DNA of 64,000 bases from Nitrospiraceae bacterium (GCA_050246315.1 JBFWWG010000001.1:224001-288000); one strand, 5' to 3'; positions 46,343 through 56,983 are shown, counted from the first letter of the stretch. Program-made: numbers and translations. Notes: generated from the letters alone by a model not told the origin.

Positions 46343-46978
46343 ATGGACCCAAGTTTTTGGCACCAACGGTGGGAGAACAATGAAATCGCTTTTCACGAAA
46401 GTAAGGCGAACCCACTACTGGTCGAGCACTTCCACGAGCTTGGTTTAGCCAAAGGCAGTCGGATTTTTGTCCCACTGTGCGGGAAGACGCTTGATATTTC
46501 TTGGCTGCGTTCCCATGGCTATCGGGTGGCGGGAGCTGAATTGAGTCAACGAGCCATTGAGCAGCTATTCTTGGGACTTGGCGAACAGCCAGCCATATCA
46601 GCGATCGGCCAAGTCGAGCAGTGGAGCGCACCGCATCTTGACGTATTCGTTGGCGACATCTTTGTGCTGTCCGGAGAGATGCTAGGTCCGGTGGATGCTG
46701 TCTATGATCGGGCAGCCTTGGTGGCCTTCCCCGCAGAAATGCGACATCGCTATACCGCGCACCTGATGGAGATGACGGGCAAGGCTCCTCAGTTGCTGAT
46801 TTGCTATGAGTACGACCAACGCGTGATGGACGGTCCTCCGTTTTCAGTGAACAATGAGGAAGTCGCGAGACATTATGCCGCGCATCATGATGTCACGCTC
46901 CTCGCGAGCACAGAGGTATCCGGTGGATTGAAGGGCAAATGTCCCGCCAAAGAAAATGTGTGGCTGCTAGATAGATGA
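46343..46978 (+). CDS. tpm: Thiopurine S-methyltransferase
   Basis: FWHQRW....I.FH, FVPLCGKTLD, YDRAAL, GPPF. Confidence 0.93.
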   Translation: MDPSFWHQRWENNEIAFHESKANPLLVEHFHELGLAKGSRIFVPLCGKTLDISWLRSHGYRVAGAELSQRAIEQLFLGLGEQPAISAIGQVEQWSAPHLDVFVGDIFVLSGEMLGPVDAVYDRAALVAFPAEMRHRYTAHLMEMTGKAPQLLICYEYDQRVMDGPPFSVNNEEVARHYAAHHDVTLLASTEVSGGLKGKCPAKENVWLLDR

Positions 46979-47117
46979 GTCATACCTATGCATTTCCAGC
47001 GATCTCTCGTCACGCCTGACAAGTCCACGGGCCGAATACCATCCCTCACTCACATCCAGACTGAAGCCCTGCGCTCCGCCGCGCCGACACCGTTTCTTCC
47101 GAAGGACCTTCGTAGAG

Positions 47118-47741
47118 TCAGCGGATCGGCATGGGTGCGGTCTGGCCTGTGGTGCACATCAGACTCCCGGGAATATCCAGTTGGCCGGAGGGGCGGAATC
47201 CCCACGCGGTGGCGAGGGCCTGGCAGGTCAGGTTCCGTAATGTCTCGTCGCTGAGATCGACACAGTGCGGGTAATGGGCGCTGCCTTGGAGTGCGGTGTC
47301 ACCGCTGGCCACCGACAGGCCTCGAACGTTCACACTGACCGAGAAGAGCGGACCGCAGTGTGCTTCGATCAACGCCCCTTCCTTACTTTCTTCCCGTTCA
47401 ACGAAGAGCACGAACTCCGCGTTCATCTTCTCCGCGACAGCAAGAGCGGCCTTGCGATCTGAGGATATGGGCGACGTCTGAGGAGGCCGACGTGGAGGTA
47501 TCAGAAGACTCGTATAGTGATGGGACGAGAGCCATTCTGCGGCAACGGCGAGCAGGGGAGGATCTCCCCAGATCAGAATTCGCTGATGGGTGCTTGGCAG
47601 GCTGGTATGGGAACCGCTTGTGATGGGAAATCGCACGCCGGCGGGGGGAGGCTTAGCGAGGCATCCTTGTAAAAGGAGCACGACCGAGAGAAGACACAGC
47701 ACCTGTACAGCCAGACTCGCGTACTGCCGTATGGTGCGCAT
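47118..47741 (-). CDS. Hypothetical lipoprotein
   Basis: Hydrophobic stretch ending in lipobox LQGC. Confidence 0.55.
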   Translation of the reverse strand: MRTIRQYASLAVQVLCLLSVVLLLQGCLAKPPPAGVRFPITSGSHTSLPSTHQRILIWGDPPLLAVAAEWLSSHHYTSLLIPPRRPPQTSPISSDRKAALAVAEKMNAEFVLFVEREESKEGALIEAHCGPLFSVSVNVRGLSVASGDTALQGSAHYPHCVDLSDETLRNLTCQALATAWGFRPSGQLDIPGSLMCTTGQTAPMPIR

Positions 47742-47983
47742 CGCAAGGATGCTATTCCTCGCGCTTCCATCAAGAACCAGGGCTGCTGCACAGATCCGGA
47801 CGGACTTTGTGGAAGCCATTTGAACCTCGTTGCCGCCTTCCAAGGCCCGACCGCCACGCGCCACCCAATGGGGGATTGCAAGACCTGAGGTGACCCTGCC
47901 CGCCTGACCCGCGCGGTGGAGGAGGCAAAGAGGCCGAGCGTCACCGTTGGACCACGGTAATCCGAATGACGACGTGTCGGTTC

Positions 47984-48358
47984 TCAGGAGTCAGAAAGTG
48001 AAAACGAGCAGTGAAGTTTCCTTGCAGCCCGTTGGAGTGGGCCTTCCATCATCCAAAAGGTGACATCCGAAAGGAGTGTTGAGACCAGCAGGTGGACGTC
48101 AATCCAGCCCAGGCCCTGCCCGAACAATTTGTGGGACTCGAGAAACGCCAAGATTTCCTCAAATTCGAGAGCAGGGGCTTGGGGTAGGGTTGCCAGCGAT
48201 CCCAGCACTTCAGCGCGATGTTTGAGTTGTCCGCACGCCAACTCTCCAATAACAAGAGGGTGGCATACCGCAAGATCCTGTTCGAGCAAGCGATGAAGGC
48301 CCGGCAAGTCGGCCCGAAAATGCTGAATCCACACGGAGGTATCGATCAACGTGGGCAT
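47984..48358 (-). CDS. PIN-domain toxin (VapC-like)
   Basis: IDTSVWI, HP.VIGEL, G..D.HLL. Confidence 0.85.
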   Translation of the reverse strand: MPTLIDTSVWIQHFRADLPGLHRLLEQDLAVCHPLVIGELACGQLKHRAEVLGSLATLPQAPALEFEEILAFLESHKLFGQGLGWIDVHLLVSTLLSDVTFWMMEGPLQRAARKLHCSFSLSDS

Positions 48359-48360
48359 CG

Positions 48361-48552
48361 TCAGGCGGATCGGCGCCGGCAGACGGCCTTCAAGTGCGGA
48401 TCGCTACCACCCAGCTTAGCAAGCCGTTTGGCGGCTTCGCGGGAGATCAGGGCTTCCAATCCCAGGCGCACAAGGTGAGTTTTTTCGTGCACCCCGGTGA
48501 GCTGTGCCGCCCGCTTCATGAGCTCGTCGTTGATATTCAGCGTGGTACGCAT
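48361..48552 (-). CDS. VapB-like antitoxin
   Basis: MRTTLNI.DEL...A..LTG..EKT. Confidence 0.85.
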   Translation of the reverse strand: MRTTLNINDELMKRAAQLTGVHEKTHLVRLGLEALISREAAKRLAKLGGSDPHLKAVCRRRSA

Positions 48553-48711
48553 ATGCATGAATCTGCACGACCACGGCATCTGAGTCAAGGTTCTCTAGGG
48601 AGCGTTTTCCGGTGTGTTATTCGACTGCGCCCAGACCATTCCCGCATTCACCATGACCACAAGGACGAGGACTAACCCACAGCGTTCGACCGGCGACGTC
48701 TCCATAGTCGT

Positions 48712-48846
48712 GGCAAGTCTACTGCAAAGTTGGAGGCGGATTCATCACTACTGAGAAGAGTTGGAGGGTTGTCTGAGGGGAGTCAAGGGAGCGTGGTCTC
48801 TCCGGACCAATGAGCTATCATGAATGGCGAAGCAGGCTGGACCGCC
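48712..48846 (+). repeat. About 135-bp dispersed repeat, copy 2
   Basis: See 46115-46249. Confidence 0.8.
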
Positions 48847-49032
48847 CCCTCTGCGGACCAAAGCGTAGCCTAACAGCGACTCTTCGACAAGCGGGAGATG
48901 CCGGCTTCGGTGCCCTGTCTATTTCGGCTGGCGGCGTTACTGTGGAAATGATTGGGAAATAGGATGGGTTCTGAAGAGGAGGGAATGCTTCTCGACTGGC
49001 GCTGCTACCTTGGCCGGGCCGTCAGCGAGCCA

Positions 49033-49063
49033 CGGGCCGCGCCACTTGTTGTGGCGCGGCCCG
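49033..49063 (-). terminator. 13-bp GC hairpin downstream of the 49086 gene
   Basis: CGGGCCGCGCCAC-TTGTT-GTGGCGCGGCCCG; no clear U tract. Confidence 0.5.
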
Positions 49064-49085
49064 AGCGCGGACAACTCTCAAGCCG

Positions 49086-50045
49086 TTACGATCCGGCTTT
49101 CCAGATATCCGTGACCGCTCCGCTTTCGTTCAGCTCGATCGTGACGCGGCTGCCTTCCTCGATCGGCTTGGCCTTGACCTCGATCCGTTCGAGCGGAAAC
49201 ACTTTCTCGCCTTCGGGCGTCCAGAGCTTGATCTCGTTCTTCATCTTACCGACGTAGATCAGCTTGCCCGTGACCAGCCGATGGGCCTTCTCATGCCCCT
49301 TCTGGTGATGGTCCACCACGATGTTCTCTTCATTCACCCAGAGCGTGATCTCGTCGCCGGGCTTGATGTCCTTGGGCAGGGTTTTGGCGTTAAGCCAGTA
49401 GTCTCCACCCGGCGCCTTGACGGCGACCGTCGGACCTTGAATCTTGTCGACCACGCCGTGCACGGTTATATGGTAGCCGGGCTTGGTCTTTGGATGTTCG
49501 TCAAAGGTCATCTCAACATGCATCTTATGGATGTCGATGACCTTTCCAGCTTCGTTCAGTTCGATGGTGACGGGCGACCCTTCGGCAATACCGGACAACT
49601 GTGACCGGCCGGTTTGGACGTCGAAGCTTTGCTCACCCTCCGGGGTCCAGAGCTTGATCTCCCTCCGATCGCTCGATGCATAGGCGAGTTTGCCCGTGAC
49701 AAAGCGGTGCTTATGCGCCGGATCGCCCTTGCGGTGCAGATCGATCACGGCGTTGTTCTCGTTCACGGTCATCACGACTTCTTCTCCCACCTCGAGATTC
49801 TTGGGAGCCGTATTGGAGGCCACTCGCATTTGACCCCAAGGAGTCTTGATCGTGATGAGGCCGGACTGAATAGCCGTCACCTCTCCGCTAACCTTCATGT
49901 GGGTGCCGGGACCATGGCTGTGTTTGCCGCCTTCGTCAGCCAGGACCGGCGATGCGGCCAGCAGCAGGCTCAGCATCATCGCCCCGGTGATCGACCCGAT
50001 CGGCGTTCTGCTTGGATTCTCTTCTCTTACCTTCACACGCATCAT
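49086..50045 (-). CDS. Exported His-rich protein with internal duplication (OB-fold-like repeats)
   Basis: Signal peptide ...PVLA; two copies of HR.VTGKL.Y....EIKLWTPEGE...EGS.VTIELNE.G.V.DI. Confidence 0.75.
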   Translation of the reverse strand: MMRVKVREENPSRTPIGSITGAMMLSLLLAASPVLADEGGKHSHGPGTHMKVSGEVTAIQSGLITIKTPWGQMRVASNTAPKNLEVGEEVVMTVNENNAVIDLHRKGDPAHKHRFVTGKLAYASSDRREIKLWTPEGEQSFDVQTGRSQLSGIAEGSPVTIELNEAGKVIDIHKMHVEMTFDEHPKTKPGYHITVHGVVDKIQGPTVAVKAPGGDYWLNAKTLPKDIKPGDEITLWVNEENIVVDHHQKGHEKAHRLVTGKLIYVGKMKNEIKLWTPEGEKVFPLERIEVKAKPIEEGSRVTIELNESGAVTDIWKAGS

Positions 50046-50088
50046 CTCCTATCCTCCTTACTGTAAGTGCGAACGGTCGTCATGACCG

Positions 50089-50589
50089 TCAGCCGATGAG
50101 GTGATGGGCCTCGCGGAGCGGCCGTGAGGCATAGCCACGCTCGGGGCCGAACCATCGCGCGATGACTCGGTCGAGGGACCAGGCGCCTCCTCCGGTCAAT
50201 ACCAGCCCGGCGCTCATCCCGATCACCAGCAGGTGGTATTCAATCCCTTCACCCTGCTGCTGGCCGAACCAGTTCATGAAGAAACCCTGCGGCCAGTGGA
50301 CCGTGACAATTGCGCCCAGCATAATAACGATAAAGCTCGCCGAAGTGAAGCGCGTCAACAGGCCGGCCGCCAGCGCCAGACTGCCGAGCGACTCGCCGAT
50401 GATCACGAGAAACGCCACGATCCACGGCAAGCCCATCTGCTGAGTAAAGAACCCCAGCGTCCCTTCGAATCCATGGCCGCCGAACCAGCCGAGTAATTTC
50501 TGCGCGCCATGTGGAAACATGACGGCCGCCAACATGACCCGAAGCACTACCGGAGACCAGGACTCATCCGTCTTGAACAACGCCTGCAT
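50089..50589 (-). CDS. DoxX-family membrane protein
   Basis: FPHGAQKLLGWFGG.G, FFMNW.G.Q.GEG.EY, G.GA.SLD. Confidence 0.92.
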   Translation of the reverse strand: MQALFKTDESWSPVVLRVMLAAVMFPHGAQKLLGWFGGHGFEGTLGFFTQQMGLPWIVAFLVIIGESLGSLALAAGLLTRFTSASFIVIMLGAIVTVHWPQGFFMNWFGQQQGEGIEYHLLVIGMSAGLVLTGGGAWSLDRVIARWFGPERGYASRPLREAHHLIG

Positions 50590-50654
50590 GTCACACCTCC
50601 TTGTTCGCTCAGTTCGCTTGTGACTGGAGTTCATGATCGACACTCGTGCTTATC

Positions 50655-50670
50655 AGCAATGGCCGTTCCA
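50655..50670 (-). promoter_or_regulatory. Sigma-54 promoter of doxX and the 49086 gene
   Basis: TGGAACGGCCATTGCT. Confidence 0.75.
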
Positions 50671-50781
50671 CGCCCGATGCCGGCATGGATCAAGACTCCA
50701 ACTCATTGATCACACAGACACTTTCTCGCCATGTTCCTCGCCACTCTGTTTGAGAAAACGAGCGGTGCCGAGCGTCGGTCA

Positions 50782-50813
50782 GCCGTCCATTCGGCAAGTG
50801 CCGACATATCGGC
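50782..50813. promoter_or_regulatory. Tandem palindromic UAS pair
   Basis: GCCGT-CCAT-TCGGC and GCCGA-CATA-TCGGC, starts 18 bp apart. Confidence 0.65.
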
Positions 50814-50828
50814 ACGCTGCATTTGACC

Positions 50829-53231
50829 CTAGCGGATTGCGGCTCGTTGCAGGCGCAGGCTGTTGGCCACGACGCTGACGGAGCTGAACGCCATCGCGGC
50901 GCTCGCGAGAATCGGGCTCAGCAAAATCCCGAAGGACGGGTAGAGGATGCCGGCCGCCACCGGTATGCCGACCACGTTGTAGGCGAAGGCCCAGAACAAG
51001 TTCTGTTTCATGGTCGTCATCGTCCGTCTGGACAATTCGATGGCTGCGACCGCGCTCCGCAGATCCGACCGCATCAACGTGACGTCACTTGCTTCGATCG
51101 CGATGTCCGTACCGGTGCCGACGGCCAGTCCGACATCCGCCTGTGCCAAGGCCGGCGCGTCGTTTATTCCATCGCCCACCATTGCCACGGTCTCTCCCGC
51201 CTCCTGCAAGCGCCTGATCTCGGCCAACTTGCCTTCGGGCGAGACGCGAGCGACGACACGTTCGATCCCGGCTTCCCGAGCGACGGCCTCCGCAGTGCTC
51301 CGGTGATCGCCTGTGAGCATCGTGATGTGAAGCCCCAGCCGCCTCATCTGTTCCACGGCCATCCTCGAACTCGCCTTGATCCGGTCGGCGACCGCCATGA
51401 GGCCGGCCAACCGCCCGTCGATCGCAAGAAACATCGGCGTCTTGCCTTCATTCGCTAGACGCTCGGCCTCCTTCCGCAGTTCGTCGATCGCAACACCGGA
51501 GGCCGCCATCAAGGCTTCGTTGCCGACCAGGACGCTCAGGCCGTCGATCCTGCCCTTCGCACCCTGACCGGTTACCGCCTGGAACTCTTCGGCTCGCGTC
51601 AATTCAAGCGACTGCTCCTGGGCGTACCGGACGATCGCCTCGGCCACGGGATGCTCCGATGATCGCTCCAGTGACGCGACTAGGCGAAGCACCTCACGAT
51701 CCGACCGGGACGCGGCCTTGCTGCTCACGTAATCGGTGAGAGCCGGTTGCCCTTCCGTGATCGTGCCGGTCTTGTCCAACACCACGGTCGTCACTCCGCC
51801 GATCCGCTGCAAGGCCTCGCCCCCTTTGATCAGGATTCCGAGTTCGGCGCCTTTCCCGGTCGCCACCATGACCGCGGTCGGCACGGCGAGTCCCATCGCG
51901 CAAGGGCAGGCGATGATCAACACGGCCACGGAAGCCGCGAAGGCCCTCACCCCCGGGGCCGCCTCCGCCGCGACGAACCAGACGACGAAGGTGGCGACAG
52001 CGAGCGACAGCACCACCGGCACAAAGATCGCGCTGACGCGATCGGCCAGCTTCTGAATCGGCGCGCGCGAACTCTGCGCGTCGCGCATGACGGTGACGAT
52101 CCGGGAGAGGACGCTCGCACCGCCGACCGTCGTCGCCTGATACTGAAAGGCGCCGGTCTTGTTGATCGTCCCGCCGATCACCGCATCGCCGGCATGCTTG
52201 TCGATCGGCAGCGATTCGCCGGTGAGCATCGATTCGTCCACGGTGCTCGTCCCGGCGACGATCGTTCCGTCCACCGGAATCCGTTCGCCGGGCCGCACGA
52301 CCACCAGATCTCCGGTTTCGACCGTCTCGACCGGCACGGCCTGTTCCACCCCGTCGCGCAGGACCAGCGCGGTCTTCGGTTGCAAGGCGACCAACCGTCG
52401 GAGTGCGGCGGAGGTTTGGCGTTTCGCCCGAGCCTCCATCATATTGCCGGTCAGAATCAGCGCGATGATGAGGATCACGGCCTCGTAGTACACATCCGGG
52501 GCCACGCCGCGTTCGATGAAGAAACCCGGCGCCAGCGTCGCGCTCGCGCTGTACAGAAAGGCCCCGCCGGTGCCGACGGCGATCAACGTATTCATGTCCG
52601 CCGAATGGTGGCGGAACGCCGTCCAGGCTCGGACATAAAATTGCCGTCCCGCCCACACCATGACTCCCAGCGTCATACCGAGCAGCGCGAAGGAGAGGAC
52701 TGGCGGTTCGATGCCGTAGAGCCAGGGTATCGCCGCCCCGAGTCCCGGCGTCAGACTCTCCATGACCCATCGCATGAACGGGTCCGCAACCGGACCATGC
52801 TGGTCTGCGCCGGCCATCAAGGGCATGGACAGCACCATCGCTACCACACCGGCCAGTCCGCTCCAGATCGCCTTCCGTTTGAGCGAAACGAACTCGTCCA
52901 CCTGCGCGGAATCCCGCGCCTGCTGCTCATCCACTACCGTCAGGTCGGGCCGCGGCAGGGACGCCTGGTATCCGGTTTCATTGATTGCGGCGACGAGATC
53001 ATCCGGCGACGCGGCGGCCGGATCGAACCGGACCGCCGCGCTCTTCATCATCAGGTTGACGGAGGCCTCGATCACCCCCGGTTGTCGTTCGAGCACACGC
53101 TGCACCCTCGCTTGGCAGGCGGCGCAGGTCATGCCATCGATCGAAATCGTGATCGTTTGATGGGCCGCCGTTCCACCTTCGGAGCCGGGTTCCCTGATCT
53201 CAATCGAATGGTCCTTCAGCGCCGTTTCCAT
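50829..53231 (-). CDS. copA: Cu(I)-translocating P1B-type ATPase
   Basis: [33 protein letters not shown] and MAFSS. Confidence 0.95.
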   Translation of the reverse strand: METALKDHSIEIREPGSEGGTAAHQTITISIDGMTCAACQARVQRVLERQPGVIEASVNLMMKSAAVRFDPAAASPDDLVAAINETGYQASLPRPDLTVVDEQQARDSAQVDEFVSLKRKAIWSGLAGVVAMVLSMPLMAGADQHGPVADPFMRWVMESLTPGLGAAIPWLYGIEPPVLSFALLGMTLGVMVWAGRQFYVRAWTAFRHHSADMNTLIAVGTGGAFLYSASATLAPGFFIERGVAPDVYYEAVILIIALILTGNMMEARAKRQTSAALRRLVALQPKTALVLRDGVEQAVPVETVETGDLVVVRPGERIPVDGTIVAGTSTVDESMLTGESLPIDKHAGDAVIGGTINKTGAFQYQATTVGGASVLSRIVTVMRDAQSSRAPIQKLADRVSAIFVPVVLSLAVATFVVWFVAAEAAPGVRAFAASVAVLIIACPCAMGLAVPTAVMVATGKGAELGILIKGGEALQRIGGVTTVVLDKTGTITEGQPALTDYVSSKAASRSDREVLRLVASLERSSEHPVAEAIVRYAQEQSLELTRAEEFQAVTGQGAKGRIDGLSVLVGNEALMAASGVAIDELRKEAERLANEGKTPMFLAIDGRLAGLMAVADRIKASSRMAVEQMRRLGLHITMLTGDHRSTAEAVAREAGIERVVARVSPEGKLAEIRRLQEAGETVAMVGDGINDAPALAQADVGLAVGTGTDIAIEASDVTLMRSDLRSAVAAIELSRRTMTTMKQNLFWAFAYNVVGIPVAAGILYPSFGILLSPILASAAMAFSSVSVVANSLRLQRAAIR

Positions 53232-53347
53232 GAGGAGACCTCCTTGGTGAGATCGATCCTTCGGCCCTGGGCCAGGAAGAAGTACCAGTTGATCCAAGCG
53301 ATGGCGGCAACCCCGCCGATGACGACGAGCCATTCGATCGCGCTCAT
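53216..53347 (-). CDS. 43-aa single-TM protein (resembles the N-terminus of cop-operon cupredoxin-domain proteins)
   Basis: [32 protein letters not shown]; overlaps copZ stop and copA start. Confidence 0.6.
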   Translation of the reverse strand: MSAIEWLVVIGGVAAIAWINWYFFLAQGRRIDLTKEVSSWKRR

Positions 53348-53562
53348 GCGACCCTCCCTGCGGGACAGACTTCGTAGCCCGCTTCCTTTACGACTTCGAC
53401 GATGTCCTTCGGTTCGATCGCACTCGGATCGTAGGTCACCCGAGCCTGTCCGACCGTCACCTCGCATACGGACAGACCCTCTAGCCGGGCTAAGGCCCTC
53501 TGGACCTGCCCCACGCAATGGCCGCAACTCATCCCCTCGATCTGAAACGTGGTCTCGATCAT
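53344..53562 (-). CDS. copZ: Copper chaperone (HMA domain)
   Basis: GMSCGHC, EAGY. Confidence 0.9.
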   Translation of the reverse strand: MIETTFQIEGMSCGHCVGQVQRALARLEGLSVCEVTVGQARVTYDPSAIEPKDIVEVVKEAGYEVCPAGRVA

Positions 53563-53662
53563 GACGTTCCTCCTTCTGTTGTTGGTCGGCTGCCTGTCTG
53601 ATGACAGGCACTGTCACCACTACAGACGGAAGAGGGTGCGGATTATTACAGTCGGGAGGGCC

Positions 53663-53677
53663 TCCCCCCTAGGGGTG
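53663..53677. promoter_or_regulatory. Possible CsoR-type operator near a -10 (TAATAAT) of copZ
   Basis: C-tract/G-tract pseudo-palindrome CCCCCCTAGGGGTG. Confidence 0.4.
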
Positions 53678-53740
53678 CCCCTCCCTGGTTAGACGGGGAT
53701 GAGGGTTGGAGCCATGTGTAGATTCGATTCAGATTCGAGT

Positions 53741-53827
53741 CAGTCCCCGCCAAGCAGAGCCCGCGTCACAACATGTCCGATAACGAACATCGCCACGAGG
53801 ATCAGTCCGGCTGGATGCATGAGCAGA
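53741..53827 (-). pseudogene. 5'-truncated copy of microprotein A, cut by a MITE
   Basis: Matches 56882-56968. Confidence 0.75.
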
Positions 53828-53829
53828 GT

Positions 53830-54105
53830 TAGCCCGCATCATGCATGGCGGTTCGTGACGAATTAGCGGAGTCGCGTCGCGAGACGGGAGCGTGGAGCCG
53901 CGAGGGAGGAAGGCGTACTTGAAACAGTATGTCGACCGACCGAGCGGCGAGCCCGCCCGCTATACCGCACTTCGTGCGAACCGGCGGCGCGTCGGGCAAC
54001 GCCCCTCTTCATTGTCGCCGCCGGAGAAACACCTTCGATTGTCAAAGCTTGTCGCAGCAGCGAATCCGCAATTGCAGTAGAACTGTTCATGAATAATGCG
54101 GGCTA
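53830..54105. mobile_element. MITE-like element (family A)
   Basis: TAGCCCGCATCATGCATGG...TTCATGAATAATGCGGGCTA; right end is the HtrA TAG. Confidence 0.75.
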
Positions 54106-55278
54106 GTAGTTGGCCCCTCTTTCCCATCTCCACCTGGGCCTAACCGGTGTGGCGGTATCAGTAAGCGGCAGGCCTGTGTGCAACTGCGACGTCACGGTGG
54201 GGATCGGACGTTCTCGCAACGTGATCGACGTGTGATGGAGTTTTCCGGCTCGCAGGAACTCGACCTCAACCTTGTCCCCGACCCGCAAGGCTTTGATCGC
54301 GTGGCTGAATTCTTCCGGCGACCGCACGAGTTTGTTCTCTATGGAAAGGACGATATCCCCGCCTAAGATCCAGGGCGTCCCCTCCACAACAATGTGCAGC
54401 CCACCACCCTGGAGCCCCGCCTCCGCCGCCGGGCTCCCCTCCTCCACCCGTTCGATGAGCCATCCCTTGCTCATGGGGAGAGAAAAGAGCGTCACCACCT
54501 GATCCGTCGGGAAGGTGCCGGTCACTCCCAACCAGGGACGTGAAACATGCCCGTTCGTCTTGAGTTCGTCGAGGACAGCTTTGGCCCGATTGATCGGGAT
54601 CGCGAATCCGATATTCTGGGCGCCTGCGATGATGGCCGTCGTGATGCCGATGACGTCGCCGTGCGAGTTCATCACCGGCCCTCCGCTGTTGCCGGGATTG
54701 ATCGGCGCCGTTGTCTGGATCATCCCGTCATTCGGTCCCGTTTTTTGTATCCCCGGGCCTCCCCATCCGCTGATGATGCCGTTTGTCAAGGTGAACCCCA
54801 GGCCGAAGGGACTGCCCACGACGAGCACCTTCTGGCCCACCTTGACTCCATCTGAATCGCCCAGGCGCACCGTAGCAAGTTGGCCCTTGACTGAGTCCAA
54901 CTTCACCACTGCCACGTCCGTTTGGGGATCAATCCCCACAAGCTCCGCGGCCACCTTCCGCCCGTCATAGAGCGTCGCGATTATGGTCGTGGCCCCGGCG
55001 ACCACATGGGCATTGGTCAACACCGTCCCCTCTCCATCCAGGATGAAGCCTGCACCGAACCCCACCCCGGAGGAACCTGTGACTCCATTCAACCCTGTCG
55101 ACGCCGTAAACAGGGACACGGTCGCAGGGGCGACCCGCTCATACAGTCGAACGGTTTGATCCTCTTCTGATAAGGCCGCCAGGATGGACGAGGGCTGGCT
55201 CGACATGATCAGGATCGTGCAGACGAGGACGCTTCGCACGGCACAGCGCCACCCGGCCGTATATGAGACTCGTGTCAT
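54103..55278 (-). CDS. HtrA/DegP-family serine protease with PDZ domain
   Basis: TNAHVV, D.AVVK, INPGNSGGP, RPWLGV. Confidence 0.92.
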   Translation of the reverse strand: MTRVSYTAGWRCAVRSVLVCTILIMSSQPSSILAALSEEDQTVRLYERVAPATVSLFTASTGLNGVTGSSGVGFGAGFILDGEGTVLTNAHVVAGATTIIATLYDGRKVAAELVGIDPQTDVAVVKLDSVKGQLATVRLGDSDGVKVGQKVLVVGSPFGLGFTLTNGIISGWGGPGIQKTGPNDGMIQTTAPINPGNSGGPVMNSHGDVIGITTAIIAGAQNIGFAIPINRAKAVLDELKTNGHVSRPWLGVTGTFPTDQVVTLFSLPMSKGWLIERVEEGSPAAEAGLQGGGLHIVVEGTPWILGGDIVLSIENKLVRSPEEFSHAIKALRVGDKVEVEFLRAGKLHHTSITLRERPIPTVTSQLHTGLPLTDTATPVRPRWRWERGANY

Positions 55279-55360
55279 TGGATTCTCCCCTCGCGCCGTC
55301 TCGCGAACAGGCCTCCGTCGGTCGGACGGCCGTCGAGAGACTTCCCTGGATTCGAACCGT

Positions 55361-55765
55361 TCATGCCATGCCGCCGACCGGCAGCGGCTCTCGTTGTCCC
55401 ACGGTCGCTGCGGAATAGACGAGGTCAAGAAACAGAAGACGGCTCAGCGGCTTGGTCAACCAGGCATAGGCGCCCAACTCCACCGCGCGCATGGACAGAT
55501 CCGTCTCAAGTCCCGAAACGATAATGACGGGCATGTGGTGGTCCTGCTCATGTACACGAGCCATCACCTCCAGGCCGTTGACACCCGGCATCTGAAAGTC
55601 GGTGACGACCACATCGAACGGTTCGGCCTTGATCCGCTTCAGTGCCTCTTCTCCGTCACAAGCCTCGCCGACGACATAGCCCTCGCCGGCAAGAAGAACT
55701 GCCATCAGTGCTCTGACATCTTCGTTGTCGTCTACGACCAAGATTCGCCTGCCTCGGTGATCCAT
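55361..55765 (-). CDS. Single-domain response regulator
   Basis: ILVVDD, DVVVTD..MP..NG, TKP. Confidence 0.88.
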   Translation of the reverse strand: MDHRGRRILVVDDNEDVRALMAVLLAGEGYVVGEACDGEEALKRIKAEPFDVVVTDFQMPGVNGLEVMARVHEQDHHMPVIIVSGLETDLSMRAVELGAYAWLTKPLSRLLFLDLVYSAATVGQREPLPVGGMA

Positions 55766-56141
55766 GCCGGCCTCCCATGAATGGGGCCTCGCTCAACAGT
55801 CAACACGAGGCCCTGTTGAAAAATAGTTGGACCGTTAACCTCCCATGCGGAGTTGGTCGCCCAACCTTCCGGTTCAAAGACACCTGCCCAATCTCCAGAA
55901 CGAGGTGCGTGCCTCAAGGCACATGCGGACTCACTGTCCTTGCCTGTCCATCAGGGCGTCACAACCTGGCCCGACCGTCTCGCCCATGTGAAGCCTTACG
56001 CTGGCTGCACCGTGCGCGGGTCACAGGGCTGGCCGGACTTCAGCACCCCGTAGGCCAATGAAAGGAGGCCCAATTCATAGAATCTCCTTGTTTACTCATT
56101 TCGCTTGTGACTGGAGCTCATGATCCACACTCGTGCTTATC

Positions 56142-56300
56142 AGCAATGGCCGTTCCACGCGCGATGCCGACAGGGATCATGACTCCAACCCATTGATCAT
56201 CCGGACCATTTATCGCCATGCTTCTCGCCACTCTGTTTGAGATAAGGAGCAGTGCCGAACGTCGGCCAGCCGTTCATTCGGCAATCGCCGACATATCGGC
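56142..56300 (-). promoter_or_regulatory. Duplicated sigma-54 promoter (56142-56157) plus UAS pair (56269-56300)
   Basis: TGGAACGGCCATTGCT; GCCGT-TCAT-TCGGC and GCCGA-CATA-TCGGC, 18 bp apart. Confidence 0.7.
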
Positions 56301-56315
56301 ACACTGCGTTTGACC

Positions 56316-56810
56316 CTAGCGGATTGCGGCTCGTTGCAGGCGCAGGCTGTCGGCCACGACGCTGACGGAGCTGAACGCCATCGCGGCGCTCGCGAGAACC
56401 GGGCTCGGCAAAATCCCGAAGGACGGGTAGAGGATGCCGGCCGCCACCGGTATGCCGGCCAGGTTGTAGGCGAAGGCCCAGAACAAGTTCTGTTTCACGA
56501 TCGTCATCGTCCGCCTGGACAACTCGATCGCGTTGGCTGTGCTCCGAAGGTCCGAGCGCATCAGCGTGACATCGCTCGCCTCGATCGCGATATCGCTGCC
56601 GGTGCTGACGGCGATCAACGTATTCCTGTCCGCCGAATGGTGGCGGAGGCCGACCATTCCCGAAGGTGGAACTGCCGCCCGGCCCAGACCATCACACCGG
56701 CTGTCATGCCCAGCAGTGCGAATGAGAGGACTCGCGGTTCGATCGCGTAGAGCCAGGGCGCGGTAGCCCGTAGCCCCGGCGCCAGGCTCTCCATGACCCA
56801 TCGCATCAAC
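56316..56810 (-). pseudogene. copA: copA pseudogene
   Basis: C-terminal copA fused to an upstream TM segment at AV(G/S)TG, with frameshifts. Confidence 0.9.
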
Positions 56811-56881
56811 GGAGGGGTGCCCCTCCCTGGTCAGACGGGGATAGGGGTTGGAGCCATGTGTAGATTCGATTCAGATTCGAG

Positions 56882-56983
56882 TCAGTCCCCGCCAAGCAGA
56901 GCCCGCGTCACAACATGTCCGATAACGAACATCGCCACGAGGATCAGTCCGGCTGGATGCATGAGCAGACTCAGGATGAACAT
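56882..56983 (-). CDS. Microprotein A, 33 aa, single TM
   Basis: MFILSLLMHPAGLILVAMFVIGHVVTRALLGGD; AAAGGAGG RBS; dedicated boxed promoter. Confidence 0.75.
   Translation of the reverse strand: MFILSLLMHPAGLILVAMFVIGHVVTRALLGGD

Larger units (their letters stand above)
56099..56968 (-). repeat. Internally deleted direct duplicate of 50611-53827
   Basis: Three colinear matching blocks: promoter plus copA 3' end, mid-copA, and microprotein A region. Confidence 0.9.

Noticed and set aside
51747..53564. 605-aa plus-strand ORF
   Set aside because: Antisense shadow of copA/copZ
55800..56087. Short ORF MNWASFHWPTGC after the duplicated sigma-54 promoter
   Set aside because: Has an RBS but only 12 codons; cannot distinguish from a decayed gene
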